DNA from: a candidate division WOR-3 bacterium
GTDB lineage: Bacteria; Hydrothermota; Tepidihabitantia; Tepidihabitantales; DTDR01
Direction: 5' to 3'
NCBI GenBank assembly: GCA_039801885.1
Contig: JBDRVN010000037.1
Coordinates: forward strand, 1-19,023
Length of the DNA: 19,023 nucleotides
Under the pieces are notes generated by a model. The model ran no database searches and had not been told where the DNA came from. It saw only the letters and a list, made by a program, of their open reading frames with translations. How positions within the stretch are numbered: position 1 is the stretch's first letter; each line of letters begins with the position of its first letter. This document shows, piece by piece, positions 9,046 through 16,609 of the stretch. A program made the translations under genes and the position numbers.

Positions 9046-9131
9046 GCCGAAGTGGCGGAACTGGAAGACGCGGCGGACTCAAAATCCGCTGAGGGTGACA
9101 CCTCGTGAGGGTTCGACTCCCTCCTTCGGCA
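9046..9131 (+). tRNA. tRNA-Leu(CAA), CCA not encoded
   Basis: Acceptor GCCGAAG/CTTCGGC plus A; anticodon arm GCGGA-CT-CAA-AA-TCCGC; long variable arm; T arm GAGGG-TTCGACT-CCCTC. Confidence 0.97.
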
Positions 9132-9430
9132 TTTTTTATTATTTCTAATACTAATCATATTTAAATAATTTCAATGCTTTCTTCACTTTAATTACCTTTA
9201 TTAAAGAAAATGGATATAAAAATGAAGATATTGAAATTATTTTTAAAAAGAATGGTTATTTAAAACCTTTAACTTAATAGAATAAAATTACAGTTCTTTT
9301 AAAATTTTTATTACTTTTATCAGTAGATTTTCTTCACCACTATACGGATAGAACCATTGAAAGCATAATAATTCCATCTTTATCTTTTAACTTTATAAAT
9401 ATGTCTAAACATATTTACTAAAAATTTCCC

Positions 9431-9458
9431 TTGACATTTTAAAATTTTTCACTATATT
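9431..9458 (+). promoter_or_regulatory. Orphan sigma70-type promoter with an upstream palindrome (9396-9417)
   Basis: TTGACA(9431-9436)-N16-TATATT(9453-9458); no long ORF follows. Confidence 0.55.
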
Positions 9459-9951
9459 TGTATTAGTTATGTTTATAGAATGTTATAAATTCTTAATAGA
9501 AATATATTAAAAAATGGGAAAAAATTTGCACAGAAAAAAAACCTAACGGAGGGAGTAATACGGGGTAAATCTATCCTATCGGAATATTTTTGACTCTATT
9601 AGTGTTAATAATAATACTTTTATTAATGGCTTTAATAATAAGTTTACTTTTAAGAATTTCGTAGTGCTTAAATAACCCCTGGATGTTGGACTGTGGAGAC
9701 AGAACTTCCTCATAGAGAGAAAGAAAAGTAAAGTCAAATATAATAAATAAGGCTGGAAGATGAGAATAGCAGGAGAACCATAACCTAAAATAATAAAATG
9801 TTACTTTTATTCAGGATATTTTAGGTATTCTTTGAATATAAGTAAAAGATTTTTTGTCTCAAGACAATTCTTTTAAATAATTTCAAGGTATTTTTATCTT
9901 AACACTCTTATTAAGTTAGTAACTATCTCTTAACACATTTACTCCCTTTTC

Positions 9952-9979
9952 TTGATTTTTAAAATTATTTCTTTAAAAT
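9952..9979 (+). promoter_or_regulatory. Promoter of the riboswitch-btuB transcript
   Basis: TTGATT(9952-9957)-N16-TAAAAT(9974-9979), about 30 nt before riboswitch P1. Confidence 0.65.
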
Positions 9980-10011
9980 ATTTGTTTTTGGGAAAATGGT
10001 TGAGGATTATA

Positions 10012-10236
10012 TTTATTGGGCTTGTGAAGTCCGCATAAGCGGAGCACCAGATTTTCTGGTGTCAGGGAAGGCGGTGAAAATCCGCCACGGTCCTGCCCAC
10101 TGTAAGCAATCGAAAGACCTATCCCAAATACCACTGTCGGTTTTTTGCCGATGGGAAGGTGGGATAGGTATGGTTGCGAGTCAGGAGACCTGTCACAAGC
10201 CTAATAAAATATTTCCCTCCTGGCAGGGAAAGGAGG
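10012..10236 (+). ncRNA. Cobalamin (AdoCbl, class I-like) riboswitch with a translational expression platform
   Basis: P1 10012-10027/10193-10208; AGGGAA; P4 GGCGG-TGAAAAT-CCGCC; P5 ACGGT-CCTGCCC-ACTGT; CCACTG...GGGAAGG extension; B12 box GAGTCAGGAGACCTG (10178-10192); upstream of a TonB-dependent receptor. Confidence 0.95.
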
Positions 10237-10242
10237 TAAAAA

Positions 10243-12117
10243 ATGAAAAAAACCTTTTGTTTTCTTTTAATTTTTATTAGTTTTTCTTCTATTTTTTCTC
10301 AGGTTTATCAAACAGAAACCGTTTATGTTTATGCGAAGAGGATAAAAGAAAATCTTTTTACCATTTCTTTGCCGGTTACGATTATTGACCAGTTGACATT
10401 AAAAATTTTCCCAACAATTGAAAAGAAAAATATTCTTAATTATTTTTCCGGAATTAATCTTAATTCCTATTCTTTTTTTAAGGGATTAACTGGAATTTCT
10501 TTACAAGGAAATCCTAACTCTTCCCATACTTTAATTCTTTTTGATAATCTACCTTTAAATCAACCTGCTTCCCAAACTGTTGATTTAGGACTTTTGCCTT
10601 CAGGTTTAATTGAAAAGATCGAAATCTATAAAGGTCCTACCTCAAATATTTATGGTACGAATGCTCTAAATGGTGCTATCAATTTCCTTCCAATAATTGA
10701 AGAAAAACCGCTAACAGCAGAAATTTCTTACGGTAATTTTAAAACATACCAATTATTAATGAAAACCGGTTGGCGAATAAAAGATTTTCTATTTTCTTTA
10801 AACGGAGAGCAATTTAAGACCAATGGGATGAGAACAAACGATGACCAAAAATTTTATAATTTTACCCTTCTTACAAAAATAGTGGAAATATTTAAGTTAA
10901 GCAGTGGTTTTAGTTCGAGAGAAATTGGGATCCCAGGACCAAAGCCCAATCCTAATAACATTCCTCCTTCTGGCGACTCTTTATCTTATTCTAAAACTGA
11001 CCGACAAAGAGATACCTTTTACTTTTTTAATTTAAACTTTTCACCCAAATTAGAAGAAATTATTTCTTTCAATTACCAAATTTACAGCACCTATCAAAAA
11101 ACAAATTTTGCCTCTTATGAAACAACCTCGCTAAAAAATACTGCTTACGGCACTAATTTAATAATTTCTTATCCTTTTGGTAACGAAAATAATTTTAATT
11201 TTGGCTTAGATATTAAATGGGAAAATGTAAAATACACAGCTCGAATTCCCTTCCAGGCTTCCCGAACTCCCTTTGCCTTGTTTTCTAATTTAAAACACCA
11301 AATGTTTGATAAATTATTTATTGATTGTGGTATTAGATTAGATGATTATGAATTTGATAGATTTTTAAGTTATGGTTTTGGCATTATTTATCCCCATAAG
11401 AATCAATTTGTAAAGTTATATCTTGGAAATTCTTTTAAAGCACCGGCAATTAATGACCTATATTGGCCTAAAACTGAAATCTTTCCTAATTTTTATCTAT
11501 CTGGAAACTCAAATTTAAAAAGAGAAATTGCTAATATTTTAGAAGCAAATTACCAAATCTCTCAAGAGAAATATCAAATCTCGCTTACTCCCTTTGTTAA
11601 AAAAATAAAAGACCTTATTCGCTGGTCTCTAGATAAAACAATGACAAGATATACTCCTTTTAATTTAGATAGAAGTTTTGTCTATGGAACAGAAATCGCC
11701 TTCAAAATAAATATTGCAAATTTAGTAATTGGGTCAAACATAACTCTTCTTAATGGTAATGAAGAAATAAAAGAAGATACTCTTTTCAAAAAACGTAAAC
11801 TTACCTATATTCCTAAATTCGCCAATTCCTTTTATTTCAATTATTCATTATTAAAAAATCTTAATCTTTCTCTTTTTGGTTATTACCGAACAGAAAAGAT
11901 AAACTATTACGGAGAGAAAATCAAATCTCTTCCTTCCTATTTTACCTTTGACTTAAAAATAAATTACCAATTAACAAAGTTTTTAAATTTAGAAGCAGCT
12001 ATTTTAAATCTATTTAATAAAGAGTATGCTGAGATGTTCGGTTACACCTTTGAAGATTTCGATTATCCAATAGGAAAAAGAAAAATTTTTTTATCCCTTA
12101 GTTTTCAGCCCTTTTAA
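10243..12117 (+). CDS. btuB: TonB-dependent outer-membrane receptor, probable vitamin B12 transporter
   Basis: Signal peptide, TonB-box-like ETVYVYA, plug motif IEKIEIYKGPTSNIYGTNALNGAIN, FKAP.INDLYWP, NLFNKEY, terminal Phe; lies downstream of a cobalamin riboswitch. Confidence 0.88.
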   Translation: MKKTFCFLLIFISFSSIFSQVYQTETVYVYAKRIKENLFTISLPVTIIDQLTLKIFPTIEKKNILNYFSGINLNSYSFFKGLTGISLQGNPNSSHTLILFDNLPLNQPASQTVDLGLLPSGLIEKIEIYKGPTSNIYGTNALNGAINFLPIIEEKPLTAEISYGNFKTYQLLMKTGWRIKDFLFSLNGEQFKTNGMRTNDDQKFYNFTLLTKIVEIFKLSSGFSSREIGIPGPKPNPNNIPPSGDSLSYSKTDRQRDTFYFFNLNFSPKLEEIISFNYQIYSTYQKTNFASYETTSLKNTAYGTNLIISYPFGNENNFNFGLDIKWENVKYTARIPFQASRTPFALFSNLKHQMFDKLFIDCGIRLDDYEFDRFLSYGFGIIYPHKNQFVKLYLGNSFKAPAINDLYWPKTEIFPNFYLSGNSNLKREIANILEANYQISQEKYQISLTPFVKKIKDLIRWSLDKTMTRYTPFNLDRSFVYGTEIAFKINIANLVIGSNITLLNGNEEIKEDTLFKKRKLTYIPKFANSFYFNYSLLKNLNLSLFGYYRTEKINYYGEKIKSLPSYFTFDLKINYQLTKFLNLEAAILNLFNKEYAEMFGYTFEDFDYPIGKRKIFLSLSFQPF

Positions 12118-13239
12118 ATCAATTAAATAATAATAATAATCCTCAACCATTTTCCCAATTTTTCCCCAAGAATAATTTTGAGCAGTTAAATAAGCGTTTT
12201 GTTCAATTTCTTTCTTTAAGTTTTTATTTTCTAATATTAATAAAATCTTTTGAGATAAATCTTCAAAAGAATTCGTTTTGAATAGTATTCCATTTTCTTT
12301 ATCTTTAATTACTGTTTTATATCCCTCAATATCTGAAGCAATCACTATTTTTTTTGTTGCCATTGCTTCCAATAAAATGATTCCCTGAGCTTCACCACCC
12401 AATGCCGGAGCAACAAAAATATCGCAACTGACATAATATCTTGGCAAATCTTCTCTTTTTACATAGCCTAAAAAATCACAATAGTTTTCAATGTTTAATT
12501 TCTTAACTAAATCTTTCAACATTTTTTCTTCCGGTCCTTTACCAATAATTAAAAATTTGGGATTAGTAAAGAAAGAACAGATTTTACTAAAAGCCCTTAT
12601 CCCTATCTCTGCCCCTTTTCTTTTATCTAAACGACCAACAAAAAGAATTACTGGAAAATATTTTTTATATTCTAAAAAAGGCTGATTGTTTGGATTAAAT
12701 CTTTCTGTATCAATACCATTCGGAATAATTCGAAAGTTACCAGGTAAAAAATCTTCAATCCATCTTTTTGCTACTTCAGAAACAGCAATTTTGCCGTCTA
12801 TTTTGGTATTATATTTTTTATATAAAGGAGCAAAAATTTTTAGAAAATTTAGTTTTTTAAACCCCACAGTATGAAAGGTTACACAATTAACACTTTTTGA
12901 AAAATGTAATGCCCAAAAACTAATTTCCGGCGGAAAACAACCGTGCATATGGATAATATCAAAATTTTCTTTTCTTAAATAATTTTTAACTAAGTTAGGC
13001 ATTTTTATGCTAAACGGAAGAGTAGCAAAGGATTTATTAAGAGGCAAGAAGATTACTTTGCCGAACCGAATCACAGGAATACCAAAAATCGGTTTATCTT
13101 TCCATAATTTAGGATAATTGGTAGTTAATATTTTCACATTATTACCAAGTTTTTTTAATTCCCAGGACAAATGGTATACATGTTCAGAAATTCCGGAGGG
13201 ATAGGGATAAAAAGCAGAAGATACTAAAAGGATTTTCAT
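12091..13239 (-). CDS. GT4-family glycosyltransferase, PimA-like
   Basis: P.PSGISEHV, IIPNGID, FVGRLDKRKG, GGEAQGIILLEAMA (EX7E) and SDIEGY motifs. Confidence 0.85.
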   Translation of the reverse strand: MKILLVSSAFYPYPSGISEHVYHLSWELKKLGNNVKILTTNYPKLWKDKPIFGIPVIRFGKVIFLPLNKSFATLPFSIKMPNLVKNYLRKENFDIIHMHGCFPPEISFWALHFSKSVNCVTFHTVGFKKLNFLKIFAPLYKKYNTKIDGKIAVSEVAKRWIEDFLPGNFRIIPNGIDTERFNPNNQPFLEYKKYFPVILFVGRLDKRKGAEIGIRAFSKICSFFTNPKFLIIGKGPEEKMLKDLVKKLNIENYCDFLGYVKREDLPRYYVSCDIFVAPALGGEAQGIILLEAMATKKIVIASDIEGYKTVIKDKENGILFKTNSFEDLSQKILLILENKNLKKEIEQNAYLTAQNYSWGKIGKMVEDYYYYLIDLKGLKTKG

Positions 13240-13680
13240 TTATTTTCCGGTATGGCCAAAACCACCTTTATCTCTTCTACTTTTTTTTAATTCCTTTACT
13301 TCTAACCATTCAACTTTTACCACTGGGGAAAAAACTAATTGAGCAATTCTCTCTCCTTTTTTAATTTTAAAATTTTTATTACTAATGTTAAATAAAATTA
13401 CCATAATCTCTCCTCGATAATCAGCATCAATTGTCCCCGGACTATTCAAAATCCCAATTCCATAATTTTTTGCCAAACCACTTCTTGGTCTTACTTGCGC
13501 TTCGTAACCCTTCGGGATCTCAATAGCAATACCTGTGCGCAAAGTAGCAAAAGATTTCTTTTTAATTATTATATCTTCGGCAGCATATAAATCCAATCCC
13601 GAAGCATCTGGAGTTTGATATTTCGGTAAAGGTAAATAATCTATCCTTTTTATTTTTACTTTAATCTTTTTCCTTTTCAT
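13240..13680 (-). CDS. dut: dUTP diphosphatase
   Basis: SGLDL, RPRSGLA, GTIDADYRGE, ERIAQL and RxxGGFGHTG motifs. Confidence 0.97.
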   Translation of the reverse strand: MKRKKIKVKIKRIDYLPLPKYQTPDASGLDLYAAEDIIIKKKSFATLRTGIAIEIPKGYEAQVRPRSGLAKNYGIGILNSPGTIDADYRGEIMVILFNISNKNFKIKKGERIAQLVFSPVVKVEWLEVKELKKSRRDKGGFGHTGK

Positions 13681-14548
13681 TTAAAAAATCTCCTTGAAAA
13701 ACGAACCACTGGGTAGGATATCTTATTACTACCTTTTCTATTTTTTCCGCAATAATTTTTGTCAATTTTTCTACTTCTTTTTCAAAATCTTCATCATTTT
13801 TATAATTAGTTTTTATTTTTTCGCCAATCATCAAATATTTTTTACTATCCTCTTTTAAAACCAGATAACCAAAATATAAAGGAATTTTATATTTTTGGGC
13901 TAAAAAGGCTGAACCTTTGGGAAAAATTCTTTTCCCTTTACCGAAAGGCAATATCAATCCTTGCCGATTTAATGAGCGGTCGGAGAGAATTGCTAAATTG
14001 TAGCCATTTTTTAAGGAGTCAATTATTTCCTTGGGAGAATTATAAGGAATGGGTTTTAGACGTCCTTTTTCCCTTAACCAGTTAAACACTTTACTTATAC
14101 CAAAAGGTAAAACTTCAATTAAACAAGAAAAATTTAATCCCATTCTTGATAAAGTAATACCTCCTAATTCCCAGTTACCTAAATGTAAAGTAGCCAAAAT
14201 CAGTTTTCTTGTTTTTGCATCGCGAAAAAAATCATTGGACACTTGATTTTCTATCAAAGAAAAAAAATGGCGGTTTTTATAATTTGGTGATTTTAAAAAA
14301 TCGGCAACGCAGATTGCTAAATTTATAAAAAGTTTTTTAGTTAACTCTCTTGCTTTCCTTTCGCTAATTTCTTTTCCAAAAGTATAAAAATAATTATTCA
14401 TCATTCGCCTTTTTTGATTTTTCATTAACAGAAAACAGCAATAACCAATGATTTTCGCTAAAATCAAACAAAACCAGCGCGGTAAAAAAGTTCCCATTAA
14501 TATTCCTAAATACATTAAATATTTTTTTAAAAATTGTGTTAAGGACAT
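13661..14548 (-). CDS. Lip_A_acyltrans-family acyltransferase (LpxL/PatA-like)
   Basis: N-terminal membrane segment, HLGNWE catalytic motif, ILSDR, F..G.A.LA and YPTQWFVFQ. Confidence 0.82.
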   Translation of the reverse strand: MSLTQFLKKYLMYLGILMGTFLPRWFCLILAKIIGYCCFLLMKNQKRRMMNNYFYTFGKEISERKARELTKKLFINLAICVADFLKSPNYKNRHFFSLIENQVSNDFFRDAKTRKLILATLHLGNWELGGITLSRMGLNFSCLIEVLPFGISKVFNWLREKGRLKPIPYNSPKEIIDSLKNGYNLAILSDRSLNRQGLILPFGKGKRIFPKGSAFLAQKYKIPLYFGYLVLKEDSKKYLMIGEKIKTNYKNDEDFEKEVEKLTKIIAEKIEKVVIRYPTQWFVFQGDFLNEKEKD

Positions 14549-15256
14549 TTATTCAATAATTACTAATATCCGACCGCAATAATCACAATAGTAAATCTTT
14601 TCGTTTCTTTTTATTTCAATAATTGTCTGAGGGGGAACGGGATTAAAACAAATACTACAAGCATCATTTTCTATTTTAGCGATGGCAATTCCGTTTCTTC
14701 TTTTTTTAATTTTTTCATAAATGTTATAATGATTAGCTGGTAATAAAGAAACTAATTCTTTTCTTTTCTCTTCTCTTTTTTTTATTTCTTCTTTTATTTT
14801 TTCTTCTTCTTCTTTAAGTTCCTCTATCTTTTTTTGAGTATCTCCTTTTATAATTTCGATTTCCTTTTCTCTTCGTTTAATCTCTTGTTCAGTATTTTCA
14901 ATTTTTTCTAAAAGCTCAATCATTTTATCTTCAATTTCACTTTTTAGTTTCTTTTGTGTCTCAATCTCTTTTAGAAAGGCTTTATATTGTTCATTAGTTT
15001 TAGCGCTGTATAACTGAATTTGATATTGAGCAATTTTTTCCTCACAAGTTTTTAAATCTACTTCCGCCAGTTTATATTCTTTTTTATAATTGATAATATT
15101 CGCTTTATCACGCTCTAAATTTTTTGTCTCCTGTTCTAAATGGAGATTTAAACCAGTGATTTTTTCCGGAATTTCATTTACTTTTTGGGTAAGATAACCT
15201 ATTTCATTGTCGATTTGCTGAATTTCCCATAATAGTTTAATTATTTCCGAAACCAT
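14549..15256 (-). CDS. Coiled-coil plus C4-type zinc-ribbon protein (CT398/HP0958-like)
   Basis: LWEIQQID start, long coiled coil with KTNEQYKA, CSIC...CDYCGRIL. Confidence 0.88.
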   Translation of the reverse strand: MVSEIIKLLWEIQQIDNEIGYLTQKVNEIPEKITGLNLHLEQETKNLERDKANIINYKKEYKLAEVDLKTCEEKIAQYQIQLYSAKTNEQYKAFLKEIETQKKLKSEIEDKMIELLEKIENTEQEIKRREKEIEIIKGDTQKKIEELKEEEEKIKEEIKKREEKRKELVSLLPANHYNIYEKIKKRRNGIAIAKIENDACSICFNPVPPQTIIEIKRNEKIYYCDYCGRILVIIE

Positions 15257-15275
15257 CTATAAAAAGAAAAGAAAA

Positions 15276-15351
<76 letters not shown>

Positions 15352-15371
15352 ATTTTTATTCATTAATTATA

Positions 15372-15399
15372 ATATTAATAAAAATTCTTAAAAAGTCAA
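15372..15399 (-). promoter_or_regulatory. tRNA-Val promoter overlapping the 3' end of alr
   Basis: Minus strand TTGACT(15399-15394)-N16-TAATAT(15377-15372). Confidence 0.6.
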
Positions 15400-16539
15400 A
15401 TTAATTTTCTTGATTTTCCAAATTTTGTTATTTTTAAAGTAAACTCTTGGTACTCGGGGACTTAGACGAGTGATAATTTCGTAAGGAATAGTATTTGCCC
15501 AAAAGGCAACATCGCTGACAGTAATTTCTTCTTTTTCGTCTCTACCAATTAAAGTTACTGTTTCTCCTATTCTTACATTAGAAAAATTATTTAAATTAAC
15601 CATTGTTAAATCCATACATACAGCACCAACAATATTTGCTCTTTTTCCTTTTAATAAGATCTCCCCTCGATTAGAAAGTTGGTAAGGATAACCATCTCCA
15701 TAGCCACAAGAGATGATACCAATTAAGGTGGGTTTAGAAGTAAAATAAGTACGCCCATAACTAATACTTATATTTTCTTTAAAATGTTTTAAACTAACAA
15801 TTTTTGATTTTAAAGAAACAACTGGTTTGATTAACTTTTTTACTTTTTCATCTTTAATTCCGTTGGGAATAATACCATAGATTATTAAACCGGGTCGCAC
15901 CATATCTAAGTAAGATTCATTAATATTTAAAAGACCGCAAGAATTAGCAAGATGTATAACTTTATTATTTAAATTTAATCTTTTTATCAATGTTAAAAAT
16001 TCTCTTAATTGTTTTTTACTAAAAAGAATATCACTATCCGCAACCGGAAAATGAGAAAAAATCCCTTCAATTTCTAAAAAATTTTGCTTTTTTATTATTT
16101 TCCACATTTTTTTAAACTCTTTTATAAAAAAGCCTGTCCTTCCCATTCCGGTATCTATTTCAATATGAATTTTTAATTTTTTATTATTTTCCTGGGCATA
16201 GTTAACCAATTGTTTAAAAAATTCAATATCACTTACATTAGGAATTAGATTATATTCAAATAGATAAGGAATTGTTTTATAAGGTATTGGACTAAGAATT
16301 AGAATCGGTGTTTTAATTTTTGCTTTTTCTCTCAAAATTATCCCTTCATCAATGCTGGCAACACCTAACATATCAATTTTACCTTCTAAAAATTGAGCTA
16401 TCTCGCAGGCTCCTAATCCATAGGCATCAGCTTTAATCGCTAAAAGGATTTTTCGGTTTTTTGCTATTTTCTTAATGATTAAAAGATTTGATAGAAGATT
16501 GTCTAAATTAATTTCTACCCAAACCCTTTCTTTTTCCAT
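15388..16539 (-). CDS. alr: Alanine racemase
   Basis: IKADAYG (PLP Lys), HIEIDTGMGRTG, HLANS, VRPGL..YG, ISYG (catalytic Tyr), GYGDG, G.VCMD and TIPYE motifs. Confidence 0.95.
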   Translation of the reverse strand: MEKERVWVEINLDNLLSNLLIIKKIAKNRKILLAIKADAYGLGACEIAQFLEGKIDMLGVASIDEGIILREKAKIKTPILILSPIPYKTIPYLFEYNLIPNVSDIEFFKQLVNYAQENNKKLKIHIEIDTGMGRTGFFIKEFKKMWKIIKKQNFLEIEGIFSHFPVADSDILFSKKQLREFLTLIKRLNLNNKVIHLANSCGLLNINESYLDMVRPGLIIYGIIPNGIKDEKVKKLIKPVVSLKSKIVSLKHFKENISISYGRTYFTSKPTLIGIISCGYGDGYPYQLSNRGEILLKGKRANIVGAVCMDLTMVNLNNFSNVRIGETVTLIGRDEKEEITVSDVAFWANTIPYEIITRLSPRVPRVYFKNNKIWKIKKINLTF

Positions 16540-16545
16540 TTTTAG

Positions 16546-16573
16546 ATTATATCAAAAAGACTATTTTCGTCAA
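16546..16573 (-). promoter_or_regulatory. alr promoter, probably leaderless
   Basis: Minus strand TTGACG(16573-16568)-N16-TATAAT(16551-16546); ATG 6 nt downstream; no SD. Confidence 0.7.
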
Positions 16574-16574
16574 A

Positions 16575-16605
16575 TTGCAAAAAAATAAAAATTAATTATT
16601 ATAAT
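16575..16605 (+). promoter_or_regulatory. Divergent promoter for the M20 hydrolase, probably leaderless
   Basis: TTGCAA(16575-16580)-N16-TATTAT(16597-16602), with an overlapping TATAAT at 16600-16605; ATG 16610; no SD. Confidence 0.55.
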
Positions 16606-16609
16606 TAAT

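Noticed and set aside
9469-9546. Mini-ORFs MFIECYKFLIEIY (9469-9510) and MGKNLHRKKT (9514-9546) as leader peptides
   Set aside because: No SD, no regulatory codon run and no attenuator structure; expected by chance.
9132-9990. CRISPR array, IS element or prophage att site after tRNA-Leu
   Set aside because: No regularly spaced repeats, transposase or integrase, and no duplicate of the tRNA 3' end was seen.
9996-10280. 94-aa ORF in the track
   Set aside because: It coincides with the GC-rich cobalamin riboswitch and overlaps the btuB start out of frame; best explained as a by-product of structured RNA.
16410-16440. Alr motif reads KADAYGLG rather than KANAYGHG
   Set aside because: This variant occurs in other alanine racemases, and the catalytic Lys and Tyr are retained.
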